Assembly (NCBI GenBank): GCA_963575745.1
Contig: CAUYUJ010000137.1
Coordinates: 124,001 to 188,000 of the forward strand
Reading direction: 5' to 3'
DNA from: Prorocentrum cordatum
Taxonomy: Eukaryota
Length of the DNA stretch: 64,000 bases
This document shows positions 47,438 through 60,537 of this stretch, one piece after another. A model generated the notes under the pieces. It saw only the letters and a program-made list of their open reading frames with translations. It was not told the DNA's origin and did no database searches. Numbering within the stretch: the first letter of the stretch is position 1; every line of letters begins with the position of its first letter. Made by a program: the position numbers and the translations under genes.

Positions 47438-48556
47438 GGAGGAGGAGGAGGAGGAGGAGGAGGAGGAGGAGGACTAGGAGGAGGAGGAAGGCGGAGGATG
47501 AGGAGGTGGAGGCTGAGGAGGAGGCTGAGGAGGAAGCTGAGGAGGAGGGCGGAGGACGGCCGAGGCTGAGGCGGAGGAGTGAGCTGAGGACGAGGAGGTG
47601 GCGGATGCTGAGAAGGAGGGCGACAGAAGGCAGAGGCTGAGGAGGAGGCGAGGAGGAGGCTGAGGAGGAGGAGGAGGACGAGGAGGAGGAGGAGGCTGAG
47701 GAGGAGGAGGCGGAGGAGGAGGAGGAGGAGGAGGAGTGCGGAGAAGGAGGCGGGGGCTGAGGAAGACGGCGGCGGAGAGCAGAGGCTGATGAGGAGGCTG
47801 AGGGGCGGCGCGGGAGCGCTGCGCGGCCGAGAAGTAGGAGGAGAAGGAGGCTGAGGAGGAGGAGGACGAGGAGGTCGAGGAGAAGGAGGCTGAGGAGGAC
47901 GGCAGCCGAGGACAAAGGCTGAGAAGGAGGCGGAGGAGGAGGAGGAAGAAGAAGGCGGAGGAGGAGGAGGAGAAGGAGACTGAGGAGGACGGCGGCGGAG
48001 GGCAGAGGCTGAGGAGGAGCTTAGGAGGAGGAGGAAGAAGAAGGCGGAGGAGGATAGGATGGCAGAGGAGGAGGAGGAGGCTGAGGAGGACGGCGGCGGA
48101 GGGCAGAGGCTGAGGAGGAGGCTGATGATGATGATGAGCAGGAGGAGGAGGAGGCGGAGGAGGCCGAGGAGGCCGAGGAGGACGGCGGCGGAGGGCGAAG
48201 GCGCAAAGGCTGAGGAGGAGGCTGAGGGGCGGCGCGGGATCGCCTGCGCGGCCGCCCGCCGCGTTGCCACTGGAGGCCTGCAGCAGCTCGGGCACCAGGC
48301 CCTCCTGGGCGCCGCTGGGCCCCGGTTCGACGCCGACGCGCGCGGGCCCCGCGGCAGCGGCCAGCGCCGCCGCCCGATGCCGACGCTGACGCCAACGCCG
48401 CCGCCACCGCCACCGACGTCGACGACAAAATAGCCGACGCCGCCGCCGCCGCCGCCGACGCCGCCGCCGACGCCCGACGCCGACGCCGACGACGACGACG
48501 ACGCCGCCGACGCCGACGCCGACGCCGACATCGACGCCTTCGCCGACGCCGACCCT

Positions 48557-48605
<49 letters not shown>

Positions 48606-48624
48606 ACGACGACGACGCCGACGC

Positions 48625-48661
<37 letters not shown>

Positions 48662-48720
48662 GGCAGCGACGACGACGACGACGGGCGACGGAGGCGGCGT
48701 CGGCGGCGACAACGGCGGCG
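47438..48720. repeat. Degenerate (GAG)n followed by (GCCGAC)n/(GAC)n microsatellites
   Basis: Direct inspection. Confidence 0.9.
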
Positions 48721-50576
48721 ATGGCCACTGGACCAACCGAGTCGCACGGCCCGCCGTCGGCACCCAGGGGCTTTCGGTCCGGTGCTGCGCAGCCGAGGCC
48801 GCCCCGCCGCCGCGTGGCCCAAGCGGAACGGACTCGTGGACCCCGCAGCAACGGCCAGAAACGCCGTGGAATGGCCAGGCCCACCGCCCGCCCGCAGGGG
48901 TCTCAGAGCCTACGGGGCGCGTCGCCTTGGGTGGAGGTAAAAGTGGGGCAGTGGCAGAGGGGGGGGGGGAGGAACATGCCTCTAGACAGCCCCTGGGAGA
49001 AGGGAGCGTGGGCATCAAGCTGGACCGCTCCCTAGCCCTCTCCTCTGTGGCAGGCAACGCATGGAAGCCTCCCATACCATCCTTTTGGCTCATGCGGATC
49101 GATGCTAATCGACTCGAGTCGACGCTAAATCGACGCCGAGACGGCCCTATCCCATCGATTGCCAGACGCCGCTCGACGCTTACTAATGCACTCTTAAGGC
49201 GGAATTCCGAGGGAACGCACGGCTCCCGTTATTTGCTTCCGAACCCTCCTTGGCCGCGCGCACACAGGGGTGGCGGGAGAAAGGTTTCTCAGAAGGAGGC
49301 TGCTCCATAGAAGGCGCCTGTTATACGTCTACAAACAAGGCCCGCGCCTGATCAGAAGCAGGAGCGTTTCTGACAAACCATCCCCCTTCCTCAGACCTCC
49401 ATCTGAACGTTGTTGACTTCTGCGAACCCCCGAGTCGGAAGACAACACGGCAGGTCGGAAGGGCCCGGCGCGAGGCCCGGGCGGAGCCGCTGCGCCGCAG
49501 CAGCGGCCAGCTCCCGGCGGTGCACGCCCGACTGGTCGCAAGTGGGTGAGCTGCTCCTTGCCCCTTGGAGCACGTTGCCATACAATTCGCGATAACGAAC
49601 GTTACCAGGATATCCCCCCCTCCCCCGAGCGTATCGCGCAGTTTCAAAGCGCCCCTGGGTCCTTTGATGCGCAGCCGATCCGACGGAAGCGCGCGCCATC
49701 ATACTCGGCAATGCCGAAACCCTCGCGACATGAAACCCGCGAGGGCAGAGGATAGGCACGTGGGGTGGTCATCAGCATTTTTGCGGCGATGGGTGAGAGA
49801 GGACGCTGTCGTCGGCCCTACGGGCGACGGAAGCGACTAGGACGGTGGCACACATATCACCGCCTTATCGATGCTCGCGGGGGGGCTCAGGCTCAAGTTG
49901 TTGGGCCGGGCCGACGAGTTCAAGGCTGGAGCCGCGCAGTCGCCCGCCATCCTCCAGGGTCACGCGGGAAGCCACAGGGGTTGCATCATTCCTCAGCTTG
50001 CGAGCGAGCTTCCGCAGTGACAGACATCGGGCTGGCCACCACCCTGGGCACTTCTGCCGGCGGCTCGTCGGATCCAGATGGTGACGAAGTGACGCTGGGA
50101 CGCACCCTGAGATCCGATGTCGTGAGTTCTTCAATACGGGGTCCCCAGAAATCTCGACCCATTCCTCAGAACCGATTTTTCATCCTGAGTTGGTTTTTGA
50201 AGGGCGCATTTGCTGCGGCCGCCCGTGCGCAGCTGCAACCGGGACGACGGGGCTTTGGCGTACATTGCAAAGCTTACACATCCAGCCACCGAAATGGGAA
50301 AATGCCAGAGCTCGTGCCCGGCCAACACAACAGGGTCCTCAGGTATGCCCCCAGAGCCCGCGCACGTGGTCGGGGGCGAGAGCTCCCAGGCCAACGCGGC
50401 GGAAGCTCGGGCCAGCCGAGACAACAGAAATCAAACGTGGCCTTGATCGATTTGATCGACCGGTTCGACAAGGCCTGGGGCCGGAGGCCTTATGCGTCGA
50501 GAAGAATGACATCCATCTGTCAGCATGCCGTCCAATACGAGGGAGGCCAAGAAAGAGTCCCACGACGTCTCTTCGT

Positions 50577-50821
50577 TAGTGGGGCCCTGGAAACGGCAGG
50601 GCCGTTGTTTCACCAGTTCTGTTTTGCCGTTTTGTTTCCGGTTCCGACGCCGTTTTTTACCCGTTCCGTCGCCGTGTTTTGACCGGTCCCGGCTCCGGTT
50701 CCAATCCTGGAGCCGTTTGTTTGCCGTTTCCGGTCGCCGATTTTTTCTGCCGTTTCCGTTTTCAAGGGGCAGTCTTCTGGAAACGGTGAAGCAACGGCCC
50801 TGCCGTTTCCGGGGCCCACAA
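50577..50821. mobile_element. MITE with ~35-bp TIRs and internal AAACGG/CCGTTT repeats
   Basis: GTGGGGCCCTGGAAACGGCAGGGCCGTTGTTTCACC is mirrored at 50786-50819. No TSD is visible. Confidence 0.75.
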
Positions 50822-50865
50822 AAGTCTCTGCTCGCACGGAGCGAGCTCAGGCGGTCAGACACAAC

Positions 50866-51025
50866 TGACTTGATGGGCCTGTTTTCCACCACCACCACCA
50901 TAATTTGGAAGGGGGGAGGAGGTGGAGGACGAGGAGGAGGAGGAGGAGGAGGAGAAGGAGGAGGAGGACCCCCTCCCTTTCCAAGTTATGGTGGTGGCGG
51001 CGGAAAACAAGCCCATCATGACTCA
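50866..51025. mobile_element. Short palindromic element (~50-bp arms) enclosing a (GGA)n tract
   Basis: TGATGGGCCTGTTTTCCACCACCACCACCATAATTTGGAA versus TTCCAAGTTATGGTGGTGGCGGCGGAAAACAAGCCCATCA. Confidence 0.7.
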
Positions 51026-52556
51026 TCCACAGGGCAGACTCGAAGCACCCGGAGCACGACGAGCCGCTCAGCCCGAGGGGCCCGACCGGGAAGCGACCGC
51101 AGCCTGGCGCGGACGGGCAGCCTCCGGGGCCCGACCTCGGCACCTGGCCGCCCACGCCCGCGGGTCTGTCAGGGCAGCTGCGGGCAAATCCTGCGCCGTC
51201 AGAGCAGCCAGCCGCGCACGAGGCCTCTTCGGTCGCACCCCGCGCGCACAGCGGGAATGGGCCAGCGGCGGGGTTGCGCACCGCGGGGGCTGGGTGGGCC
51301 GATGCAGAAACTCCACAAGATCCTAGACCTGCTTTCCGTCGTCAAAGACTACCTGGTCCCCGAGCTTCCCTCTGCGTCCTGACACGTCATCAGGGATCGA
51401 CGCGACGCGCCTGCATGGGCGTCCACATGGCATTGCCGATCAAACGTCTCACGGCAACACGGCGGGCATCGTTACAAATCCATGGCGAACCATCTAATCC
51501 ACAATACTTCGTCGCCCAAAGCCCGGTCTTGCAGCGCGCGGCGCGCTTGCATCCCCCACGCGCCTTCTCGGAGCTGCGCTGCCAGCTCAGACAGGGCGAC
51601 GCGGAGCAAGTCCACAGTGCCACCAGCATCAGCGATGCGAAGGTGCGCAGCGGCCATCATTCAGCCCGCGCACCCCGAACTTTACGTAACAGCACTGATC
51701 GGACCACGGCGCGCATTCCACGCGGGTTGATCTTGGATCTGACCTGACTTGCTGCCCATGCTTTCTGCCATGACGGTTGACCATTGGCACTGTAGCGTCT
51801 AACAGGGGGGTCGAAAAAAGGGCCGGGTTGGGTCGAGAGCCAGGCCGCCAACGATCCCGCCCGCTTCGCAGCGAACGTGCGGAGGGCCCGCAACGCGGGA
51901 CTCGTCAGACCAGCAATCCCCGCCCCGTGGGCCCCAACTAGCATCGAGCCACCGCGCCAGAGCATGCGCGCCTTGCCCGGAGCCCCTCGGCAGTGCCATC
52001 AACTTGTCTTGACGGCGCAAACAACGTTTCTAAACGGATCTGCTCTTGGGCCCTCACGGGCTCGCTTGAACAAAACAACGTCATATCAAATATTCCTCAT
52101 GTGGGCGTGGCTCCGAAGATTCGTGACGCGAACAGACGACGACAGATGAGACGACGCGAACAGACGACGACAACTGCTCCACTGTACTCTACTCTGTTCT
52201 ACTCCAGTGTACTCGACTTTAACTCTACCATGCATACCCAGCTGGACTCTGCTCCGCTCTACCCCCACCCTACCCGATCCTACCCTAACCTACTCCACTC
52301 CACACATACTGTACTCTACTCTACTCACACTCTACACTAGTCTTCTCTGCTCTACTTGCCCTGCTCTCTTCTACTCTTCCCTACCCTTCACGCCCCTGCT
52401 GTATTATGTTATACTCGGCTCGTCTGACCGTCTGCTCTCTACTCGAATATCCTCTACTCTACCCTACCTCACCCTACCCTACCCTACTCTACTCTAGCCT
52501 TCCCTAAAACGCTATATTCTACCCTCACCTGCTCTCCTCTAGTCTCCCGTACTCTA

Positions 52557-53673
52557 ATCCGCCGGCCCTCTTGTGGGGCCACTAGGCTGTAGGCCGAAAC
52601 TTCGCAGTTTCCTGTACCAGTTGCAGCTTCCAGTTTCCACTGTTACAGGTCTGCTTCTTGCTGCTTACTGTTCCTTGTTGACTTCTTGCTGCTTACTGTT
52701 CCTTGTTGATGGACTGCGCGAGGGGGGGAGGCCCAAAACGGGCATTTCTACCACGCCCTGGGAAGGTTCTCAGAATTTCTAGGGGTGTAAAAATTTGCAC
52801 CCCTCACGCAGATCGGCGGGGTCAGGGTCCAACAGCACAACGGATTTGCCACATTTCTGACATTCGGTCGCACCCCTCACACAGATCGGCGGGGTCAGGG
52901 TCCAAAAACAAATGGGATTTGCCACATTTCTGACATTCCGTGGCACCTCCCCTCATGCAGATCGGCCGGGTCAGGGTCCAAAAACACAGCGGAGTTGCCA
53001 CATTTCTGAAATTTGCTGGCAGCCCTCACGCAGATCGGCGGGGCCAGGGTGCAAAAACACAGAGGATGTGCCACATGTCTTAAATTCGGTTGCACCCCTC
53101 ACGCAGATCGGCGGGGTCAGGGTCAACAAAACATATTAAATGTGGCACATGTTTGAAATTCGGTGGCACCCCTCACGCAGATCGGCGGGGTCAGGGTCCA
53201 AAAACACAACGGATTTGCACATTCCTGAAATCTGCTGGCACCCCTCACGCACATCGGCGGGGTCAGGGTGCAAAAACACAGGGGATGTGCCACATTTCTG
53301 ACGTCCGGTCGCACCCCTCACGCAGATCGGCGGGGTCAGGGAGCAAAAACACAGAGGATTTGCTACATTTCTGAAATTCGCTGTCACCCCTCATGCAGAT
53401 CGGCGGGTCAGTGTCCAAAAACAAAAGGGGATTTGCCGCATTTCTGAAATTCGGCGGCACCCCTCACGCAGATCGGCAGGGTCACGACGTCTTACCAATC
53501 GCTAGGTGTGGTAACCCCTCTGGTCCTCTATTGTTTTTGCTCATTACGAGTCGGCCTCGCATGAAGTTCCGATACTGCTTCACGACAGCGCCCAGGCCTC
53601 ATGACATAGCTCTTGCATAGCGCATTCTGCGAGAGAGGGGGGGCCGGCGGCAGGGGACGAAGCCCTTACGGAT
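52557..53673 (+). mobile_element. Helentron/DINE-like non-autonomous element with internal 73-bp tandem array (copy 1, ~9 diverged units)
   Basis: 5' end ATCCGCCGGCCC. Subterminal inverted copy GGGCCGGCGG, a short hairpin AGGG..GAAGCCCT, then TACGGAT. Inserted in a degenerate (CTACT)n tract. Confidence 0.75.
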
Positions 53674-55725
53674 GATATACTCTGCCCTGCCATAAACGAC
53701 TCTACCCTACGATGCCCTCCTCTACTCATAAACGCTGTTCTACTCTAGTCTGCTCTGGTCTACTCTACTCGTACTTCTGAGTTTGACACTTGTTCGCCGA
53801 CTGCTGGGAAGCCATTGGGGTATCCACAGGAAGCCATTGGAATAGAAAAGGCAATCATGCGTATACGGAGAAAATTATGCGGACAGCAGGGGGAACCAGG
53901 CGGATATACGAGAACGATGTGGGTAACTTTGACGACTTATGGACGGAACAAATAAACGGCAATGTAATAGCCATAACAAACCGTTAGAATGACCAAGGAC
54001 GCCATGAAAATATAAAGAAAGTCATACGGAGAGGAGAGGAAGCCACTCGGATACAGAGGAAATCATGCGGATATCAGTTTGATCGGTAGCCTGCAAGATG
54101 GACAAAAGATTGCACGAACAGTCCTCGAGGGAGCTCCAAGAGGGCCCCGCTGATGCCCCGAAGAAGCCTCCAAGAGGCGCCCAAGCGGACCCCAAGAAAA
54201 CACCAAAAGGTCCCCAACAGGTCTCTGTTAAGCCCCTAGAGCCTAGAGCGGGCAAAATGTCCCCGATACGCCCCAAGAGGCCTCTGAGAGGCACCCAAGA
54301 GACGCCACCCCACAAGAACCAAGGAAGCTTCCAAGGGTCTTTGCCCACTGAGTCTCCCCGAGGTATCCCGTTGATGCCACACAACCCCGATACGGGCAGC
54401 TCTACTGGGCAGCGTTCTTGGATGGGCTGGGGGGGTCTTCGAAGCGTTGATAATACCCGATGCCCATTCACAAGACGGGCACACATAACAGGAACTAGCC
54501 GCTGCCCACTCTCGTACTGCACTTTCGCCCGGATATGTCGCTCCCACGCCTCTGGCCCTCCACCTCAGCCTCCCCTCGGCACAACATCCCCTCCCACTGA
54601 GCAGCGCCACTGTGTCCTCGACATTCAGCAGCTCCATCAACGGCGGAACGTGGTGAAAGCTCCTTGAAACCGCAAAAGAGTGGTCGATTCAACAACTGAG
54701 TGCCAAGAACCTGCCTAATCTCACCAAGCAGTCACAGCTGGCCTTGACTGGCCGGAGCAAACGATGACAGCAAAGGGAGAGCCCGCCTCGTTCGGGCCAG
54801 AATTGTGGCCCGCTCCTGTCGTCGAAAACCTCCTGCGCGGAGGTGGTGCGGGGCCGTGTGAAGGGGGCACCGCTTGGCGTGACAATCGGTTGGCAGGCTA
54901 AGGCGTGACGAGGCCACCGCACTTCCAGAGATTCGGGGATCTACTGAACCGGTCGACCCAAGCCTGGGCAAGTCAGGCTTTTCAAGATTCTGAGGATCCT
55001 GCAGCCAAGCCCAGGTCAATACGAACCTAGCTCTGCAGGATCCTTCAGGATCCGGCGCTCTGACGGACCCCCGTTTGCACTGACCCCCGTCTCAAGGCCT
55101 CCGAGGCATCACTGCTGCCTACGACCCGTGCGGAATTCAAGCGCTTGGTTCCCGTCGCCAACCCACCGACCGTGACCAGGACGTCCACCCTGACCAGGGG
55201 TGTTGCCCGTGCTGGGCAGACCACTGGCTCACGACGGCAGTGCGCCAGACAGCGCGACGCGGAGCCTTGCACGTGCCCGTGCGCCAGAGGAGTGGCGGCG
55301 AGGATGGCGACCTCGAGTGATGACGGCGGCGGCGGCCACTGATGTTGAAGACGGTGCTGCTGGCGAGGAGTGAACAGATAAAGAGCGGATGAGGATGGAC
55401 AATACAAGAAAATGGGATGAAGCCCTTCGCCAGGTTCCTCTCGCGACCTCAGCATCAGAAAAAGCTCGGGGGGGGATCGGGGGGGCGATCTCAGCCCAAT
55501 GGTCCCCCAGACTATCACAAGGTTCGCCACAGGGTGGCGAAGAGAGGCCAAGAGGCCTCGACGAACGCCCCAAGCGAGCCCAAGGATCTCCGAGAGCCCA
55601 GGACGGCCCAAGATGCCTTCAAGGTCGCCCCGAGACAACGCCTGAAGTGCCCACGACTCCACCAAGAGGGCCCCGGCACGCTCAGATAATGCAAGCAGCT
55701 AGTAGAAACACCTTGGTACTCCTGT

Positions 55726-55926
55726 TCGGCGGCGAACGAGGGGGGGAAAGTGAAAAGGGGCGGGCCTTCTCGGAAGGCTCGGAAGTCCCCCAGCCTTCTG
55801 AAAAGTTTCCTGGGCCTCCCGCGAGAACACGGAAGACTTCTCAGAATGCCCGAGGGCTTCTGAGAAGCCCCGCCGCCTGTTGAGAAGGCCTTCTCCTTCT
55901 CACTTCCCCCCCTCGCTCGCCGCCGA
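55726..55926. mobile_element. MITE family B copy with 3-bp TSD TGT
   Basis: TCGGCGGCGAACGAGGGGGGAAAGTGA / TCACTTCCCCCCTCGCTCGCCGCCGA, with TGT on both sides. Confidence 0.8.
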
Positions 55927-56949
55927 TGTGTGCCCTGTGCCCTCCCCCCGCCCGCCCCCCAGACCGTCGCTGATCGGAGCTCCTGCCGTGGCGGCCGCCC
56001 TCCTGCTCTGCCCTGCTCCTTTTCACCCCTCCTTTCCCGCCCCTCGGCGGCGCGCCCCGGGGTAAGGGGGCGGGGGGGAGACCCCTCAGCAGCAGGGGTG
56101 CGTCTAGGAAGCCCTCCCCCCTCCCCCTTTGCCGCCCCTGCGCGTGGCCCCCCCGAGCTCTCGCCCCCGGAGCTGGCGTCTCACCCCAAGTCGTTTTCGG
56201 ACGGCAGAGGCCCCTCCTCCCTCTACAATTACTCAATATGAAAATACTCTCCCTCTTCCCCTGATGGCGTCCGAGGAGAGGCAGGGGCGCCCCGCACGGA
56301 GCTCGGGGCCCCCTGGGGCCGCCCCCGCGCCACGCCTGGGCCCTCGGCAGGCCGAGATCGGCCCACGCTCCGCTCCTGGGGCGTGCCGCACCAGAGCTGG
56401 CTCCCCCCGTTGGGCCCTCCGTCTGCAAATGCCAGCCCTCCGACGGTCCAGCCCCGTGTGGCTCTGCCTCTCGCCTGGTGCCCACAAGTCGGGGGCCCCC
56501 AAACGGTGTGGTGACCACACCATGCGGTGAGTCGGTGGGGATTCGGGGTCACCGCACGGTTTTGGGACTCGGGTCGTTCTCCGAGGATGTCTCGGGCGAC
56601 AGGGGCCTCCGGGGTCCCAAGACCGTGCGGTGACGGACGGTGCGGTGAGGTCTCTTGGGGTTCCGAGGTCACCGCACGGTCTGTCACCGCACCGTTTCGG
56701 GATTCCAAAACAAGAGGTCACGCTGCGCCCATCGTCGATCCTCGGAACGTGGGTGGTTGCCAACGTCCAGCGTCTTCTTGTCCACCGAAGCCCTTCCTTA
56801 ACAGGCGAAGACCGGCAGAAGGTGAACCGTTTCGCCGTCGGGGGCGCCTCTTCCACAGAGCGCCCGGGAACTGTAGGACCCCGACGGTAACACGTCAACG
56901 CGTAAACCGTCAAGCCACCCTGTGACAGGTGCCCCTGGTGACAGAAAAT

Positions 56950-57710
56950 GTTGGCTAGAAACTCATTTGGGCCCCGTGCGTTCGTAAGGAAAAACTCCTT
57001 CGTAAAGACCCTGAAGAATCCGCACTCAAGAATTCGCAATGAAGAATCTGTGCCGAAGAAACACCAATGAGGACCTTGCCCTACAGAGCCCTTACGACGG
57101 AATTTGCACTCGAAATCCTTACTAAGGAGAATTGCCGAAGGACTTCTTAATCCGAATTCTTGACGAAGGACATACATACTCATCTCTGGGATTCCTTGCT
57201 GAGAAACATCTGCTAAGAAATATGTATAACGAAGACCCTTTTACTAAAGAGTCCAGTGGAACACATGTACGAAAGAACCCGGAATAAAGAATATTTGCTT
57301 CAGGGCCCTTAATGAAGAATGCAACGAGAAGCCTTTAACACTGAATGCGGATTAATGCATGCTGCAAAAGGGACCGTCACTAAGGAATCCCTGGTAAGGA
57401 ATCTCAAGTAAGGGACCCTTAACAAGGAATTAGTACTAAGGAATACTTGATACGGGATCTGCACTAAACGGGCCTTCGTAAGGAATACTGAAGGACGGAA
57501 CCTTTACTAAGGAATCCCTAGCAAAGCATCTGTACTCAGGATTCCTGAATGAAAAATCTGTACCAAAGAATCAGTTTGAAAAGAATCTGCATTAAGGAAC
57601 CTTTCGTGACGAGCCTGTACTAATGCATCCTGCATAAGCAACCTGGACGGGATCGCATGCACCAAAAAAATCTTAATGGGGAACCTGCGCTACGGAATCC
57701 TTGCGCGAGG
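56950..57710. repeat. AT-rich degenerate ACTAAGGAATCC minisatellite; continues at ~60455-60500 and 63255-64000
   Basis: Recurrent TAAGGAATCC / TACTAAGGA motifs. The three blocks look like one tract split by later insertions. Confidence 0.8.
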
Positions 57711-57819
57711 AAGTTTTTCCCAACACTCCTTGGTTGGGTATTCGTTTTGAATAGAGCAGTGTGGTCTCCACTCCTTCCTTCCTCCTCCTCCTCCCTCCCT
57801 GCCTCTTCCTGTCTTGCCT

Positions 57820-60228
57820 GCGGGGGGCTGCGATCTGTGAAACTGTCGCCATGTTCGAGGCCTGCTGGGGGGCCCAGCACAGTGAGGGCGACGCGCAGAT
57901 TCAAATCCGCCGGCCCCCTTGTGGGGTCACCAGGCTGCGAGGAGCGGGATTCGCAGTTTCCTGTACCAGTTGTAGCTTGTAGTTTCCAGTGTTACAGTTC
58001 TGCTTCTTGCTGGTTACTGTAACTAGTTGATTGACCGCGCGAGGGGGGGGAGGCCCAAACCACATTTTTAGCACCCCCTGGGCGCGTTGTCTGAATTGCT
58101 GGGGGGGCTCGAAGTCGTCACCCCTCACGCAGATCCGCGGGGTCAGGGTCCAAAAACACAGCGGAGTTGCCACATTTCTGAAATTTGGTGTCACCCCTCA
58201 CGCAGATCCGCGGGGTCAGGGTCCAAAAACACAAGGGATTTGCCACATTTCTGAAATTCGGTGCCACCCCTCACGCAGATCCGCGGGGTCAGGGTCCAAA
58301 AACACAACGGATTTGCCACATTTCTGAAATTCGGTGCCACCCCTCACGCAGATCCGCGGGGTCAGGGTCCAAAAACACATGGGATTTGCCACATTTCTGA
58401 AATTCGGTGCCACCCCTCACGCAGATCCGCGGGGTCAGGGTCCAAAAACACAAGGGATTTGCCACATTTTTGAAATTCGGTGCCACCCCTTACGCAGATC
58501 CGCGGGGTCAGGGTCCAAAAACACAGGGGATTTGCCACATTTCTGAAATTCGGTGCCACCCTTCACGCACATCCATCGCAAGGCGTGGTAACCCAAACTG
58601 CGAGAACTCCCTCGGCCCTTTAATCGCAAGGTGTGGTAACCAAGCCCGTAAACCATACACGTCTTACCAATGGCCAGGTGTGGTAACCCCTCTTGTGATC
58701 AGTTGGTTTTGCTGATTGCGAATCGGCTTCGCATGAAGTTTCGATACTGCTTCACGACAGCGCCAAGACCTCATGACTTAGCTTTTCCATGGCCCATTCT
58801 CCGAGAGAGGGGGCCGGCGGCAGGGGGCGAAGCCCTTACGGATTAGACCTCGCCATCCCTGGGGGGCTGCGATCTGTGAAACTGTCGCCATGTTCGAGGC
58901 CTGCTGGGGGGCTCAGCACAGTGAGGGCGACGCGCAGATTCAAATTAGACCTCGCCATCCCTGGGGGGGCTGCGATCTGTGAAACGGTCGCCATTTTCGA
59001 GGCCTGCTGGAGAGCCCAGGTCAGTGAGGGCGACGCGCAGATTCAAATTAGACCTCGCCATCCCTGGGGGCTGCGATCTGTGAAACTGTCGCCATTTTCA
59101 AACCCTGCTGGGGGGCCCAGCACAGTGAGGGCGACGCGCAAATTCAAATTAAACCTCGCCATCCCTGGGGGGGCTGCGATCTGTGAAACGGTCGCCATGT
59201 TCGAGGCCTGCTGGGGGGCTCAGCACAGTGAGGGCGACGCGCAGATTCAAATGAGACCTCGCCATCCCTGGGGGGCTGCGATCTGTGAAGCTGCCGCCAT
59301 TTTCGAGGCCTGCTGGGGGGCCCAGCACAGTGAGGGCCACGGGCAGATTCAAACTAGACCTCGCCATCCCTGGGGGGCTGCGATCTGTGAAACGGTCGCC
59401 ATGTTCGAGGCCTGCTGGGGGGCCCAGCACAGTGAGGGCGACGCGCGGATTCAAATTAGACCTCGCCGTCTCAGGGGGGCTGCGATCTGTGAAGCTGCCG
59501 CCATTTTCGAGGCCTGCTGGGGGCCCAACACAGTGAAGGCCACGGGCAGATTCAAATGAGACCTCGCCATCCCTGGGGGGGCTGCGGTATGTAAAACAGT
59601 CGCCATTTTCCAGGCCTGCTGGGGGGCCCAGCACAGTGACGCCGCGGGCAGATTCAAATGAGATCTCGCCATCCCTGGGGGGGGGGCGATCTGTGAAGCT
59701 GTCGCCACGTTCGAGGCCTGCTGGGGGGCCCAGCGCAGTGACGCCACGGGCAGATTCAAATGAGACCTCGCCATCCCTGGGGGGCTGCGATCTGTGAAAC
59801 TGTCGCCATTTCGAGGCCTGCTGGGGGGCCCAGCACAGTGAGGGCCACGCGCGGATTCAAATTAGACCTCGCCATCCCTGGGGGGCTGCGATCTGTGAAA
59901 CTGTCGCCACTTTCGAGGCCTGCTGGGGGGCCCAGCACAGTGAGGGCCACGCGCGGATTCAAATGAGACCTCGCCATCCCTGGGGGGCTGCGATCTGTGA
60001 AACTGTCGCCACTTTCGAGGCCTGCTGGGGGGCCCAGCGCAGTGACGCCACGGGCAGATTCAAATGAGACCTCGCCATCCCCTGGAGGCTGCGATCTGTG
60101 AAACTGTCGCCACTTTCGAGGCCTGCTGGGGGGCCCAGCACAGTGACGCCACGCGCGGACCCAAACTAGACCTCGCCATCCCTGCGGGGCTGCGATCTGT
60201 GAAACTGTCGCCACTTTCGAGGCCTGCT
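57820..60228. repeat. ~102-bp tandem array (~14-15 units), first unit split by 57905-58843
   Basis: GACCTCGCCATCCCTGGGGGGCTGCGATCTGTGAAACTGTCGCC... recurs at 58846, 58948, 59051, 59152, 59255, 59357 and onward to ~60169. Confidence 0.95.
57905..58843 (+). mobile_element. Helentron/DINE-like non-autonomous element with internal 73-bp tandem array (copy 2, 6 near-identical units plus a partial unit)
   Basis: Same termini as copy 1. It cleanly splits a unit of the 102-bp array at TTCAAAT/TAGACC. Confidence 0.8.
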
Positions 60229-60503
60229 GTGATTCCCGTTTTCGAAGTGGCTAGGAGTGCTCAGGAATTGTAACTCATCAGCTTTATCAAACCCTTTTCC
60301 TGTAGCCAGTGTCTTGCGAGTCTCCCGAATTCCGTCTGCAGACATATGTAACCCTCGCTCCGTCATCGCCCCCTTATAAAGTATCCTAAACTATTTGCGC
60401 CCCGCTTTTGCGCAGGGGTCGGGTACGTCGCCAGGGTATTTTTGTTATATAAAGGGAGGATCCCTTGATGAAGAACCTGGATTCAGAATCCTTAATCAGG
60501 AAT

Positions 60504-60537
<34 letters not shown>

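Noticed and set aside
43418..49093. Poly-His/Ser/Pro/Arg ORFs of 290-540 aa
   Set aside because: They are trinucleotide microsatellite read-through.
49077..49094. CCTTTTGGCTCATG as a spliced-leader relic
   Set aside because: It is a variant position of the dispersed ~530-bp repeat, whose other copies (near 14630 and 36545) lack the match.
50290..50480. VALIDLIDRFDKAW as RT motif A of another LINE
   Set aside because: No accompanying QG or YxDD motifs could be traced. It may be an ancient relic but is unsupported.
15770..60228. Regular 73-, 77-, 102- and 107-bp arrays as CRISPR-like loci
   Set aside because: Whole units repeat with no unique spacers, there are no cas genes, and the context is eukaryotic.
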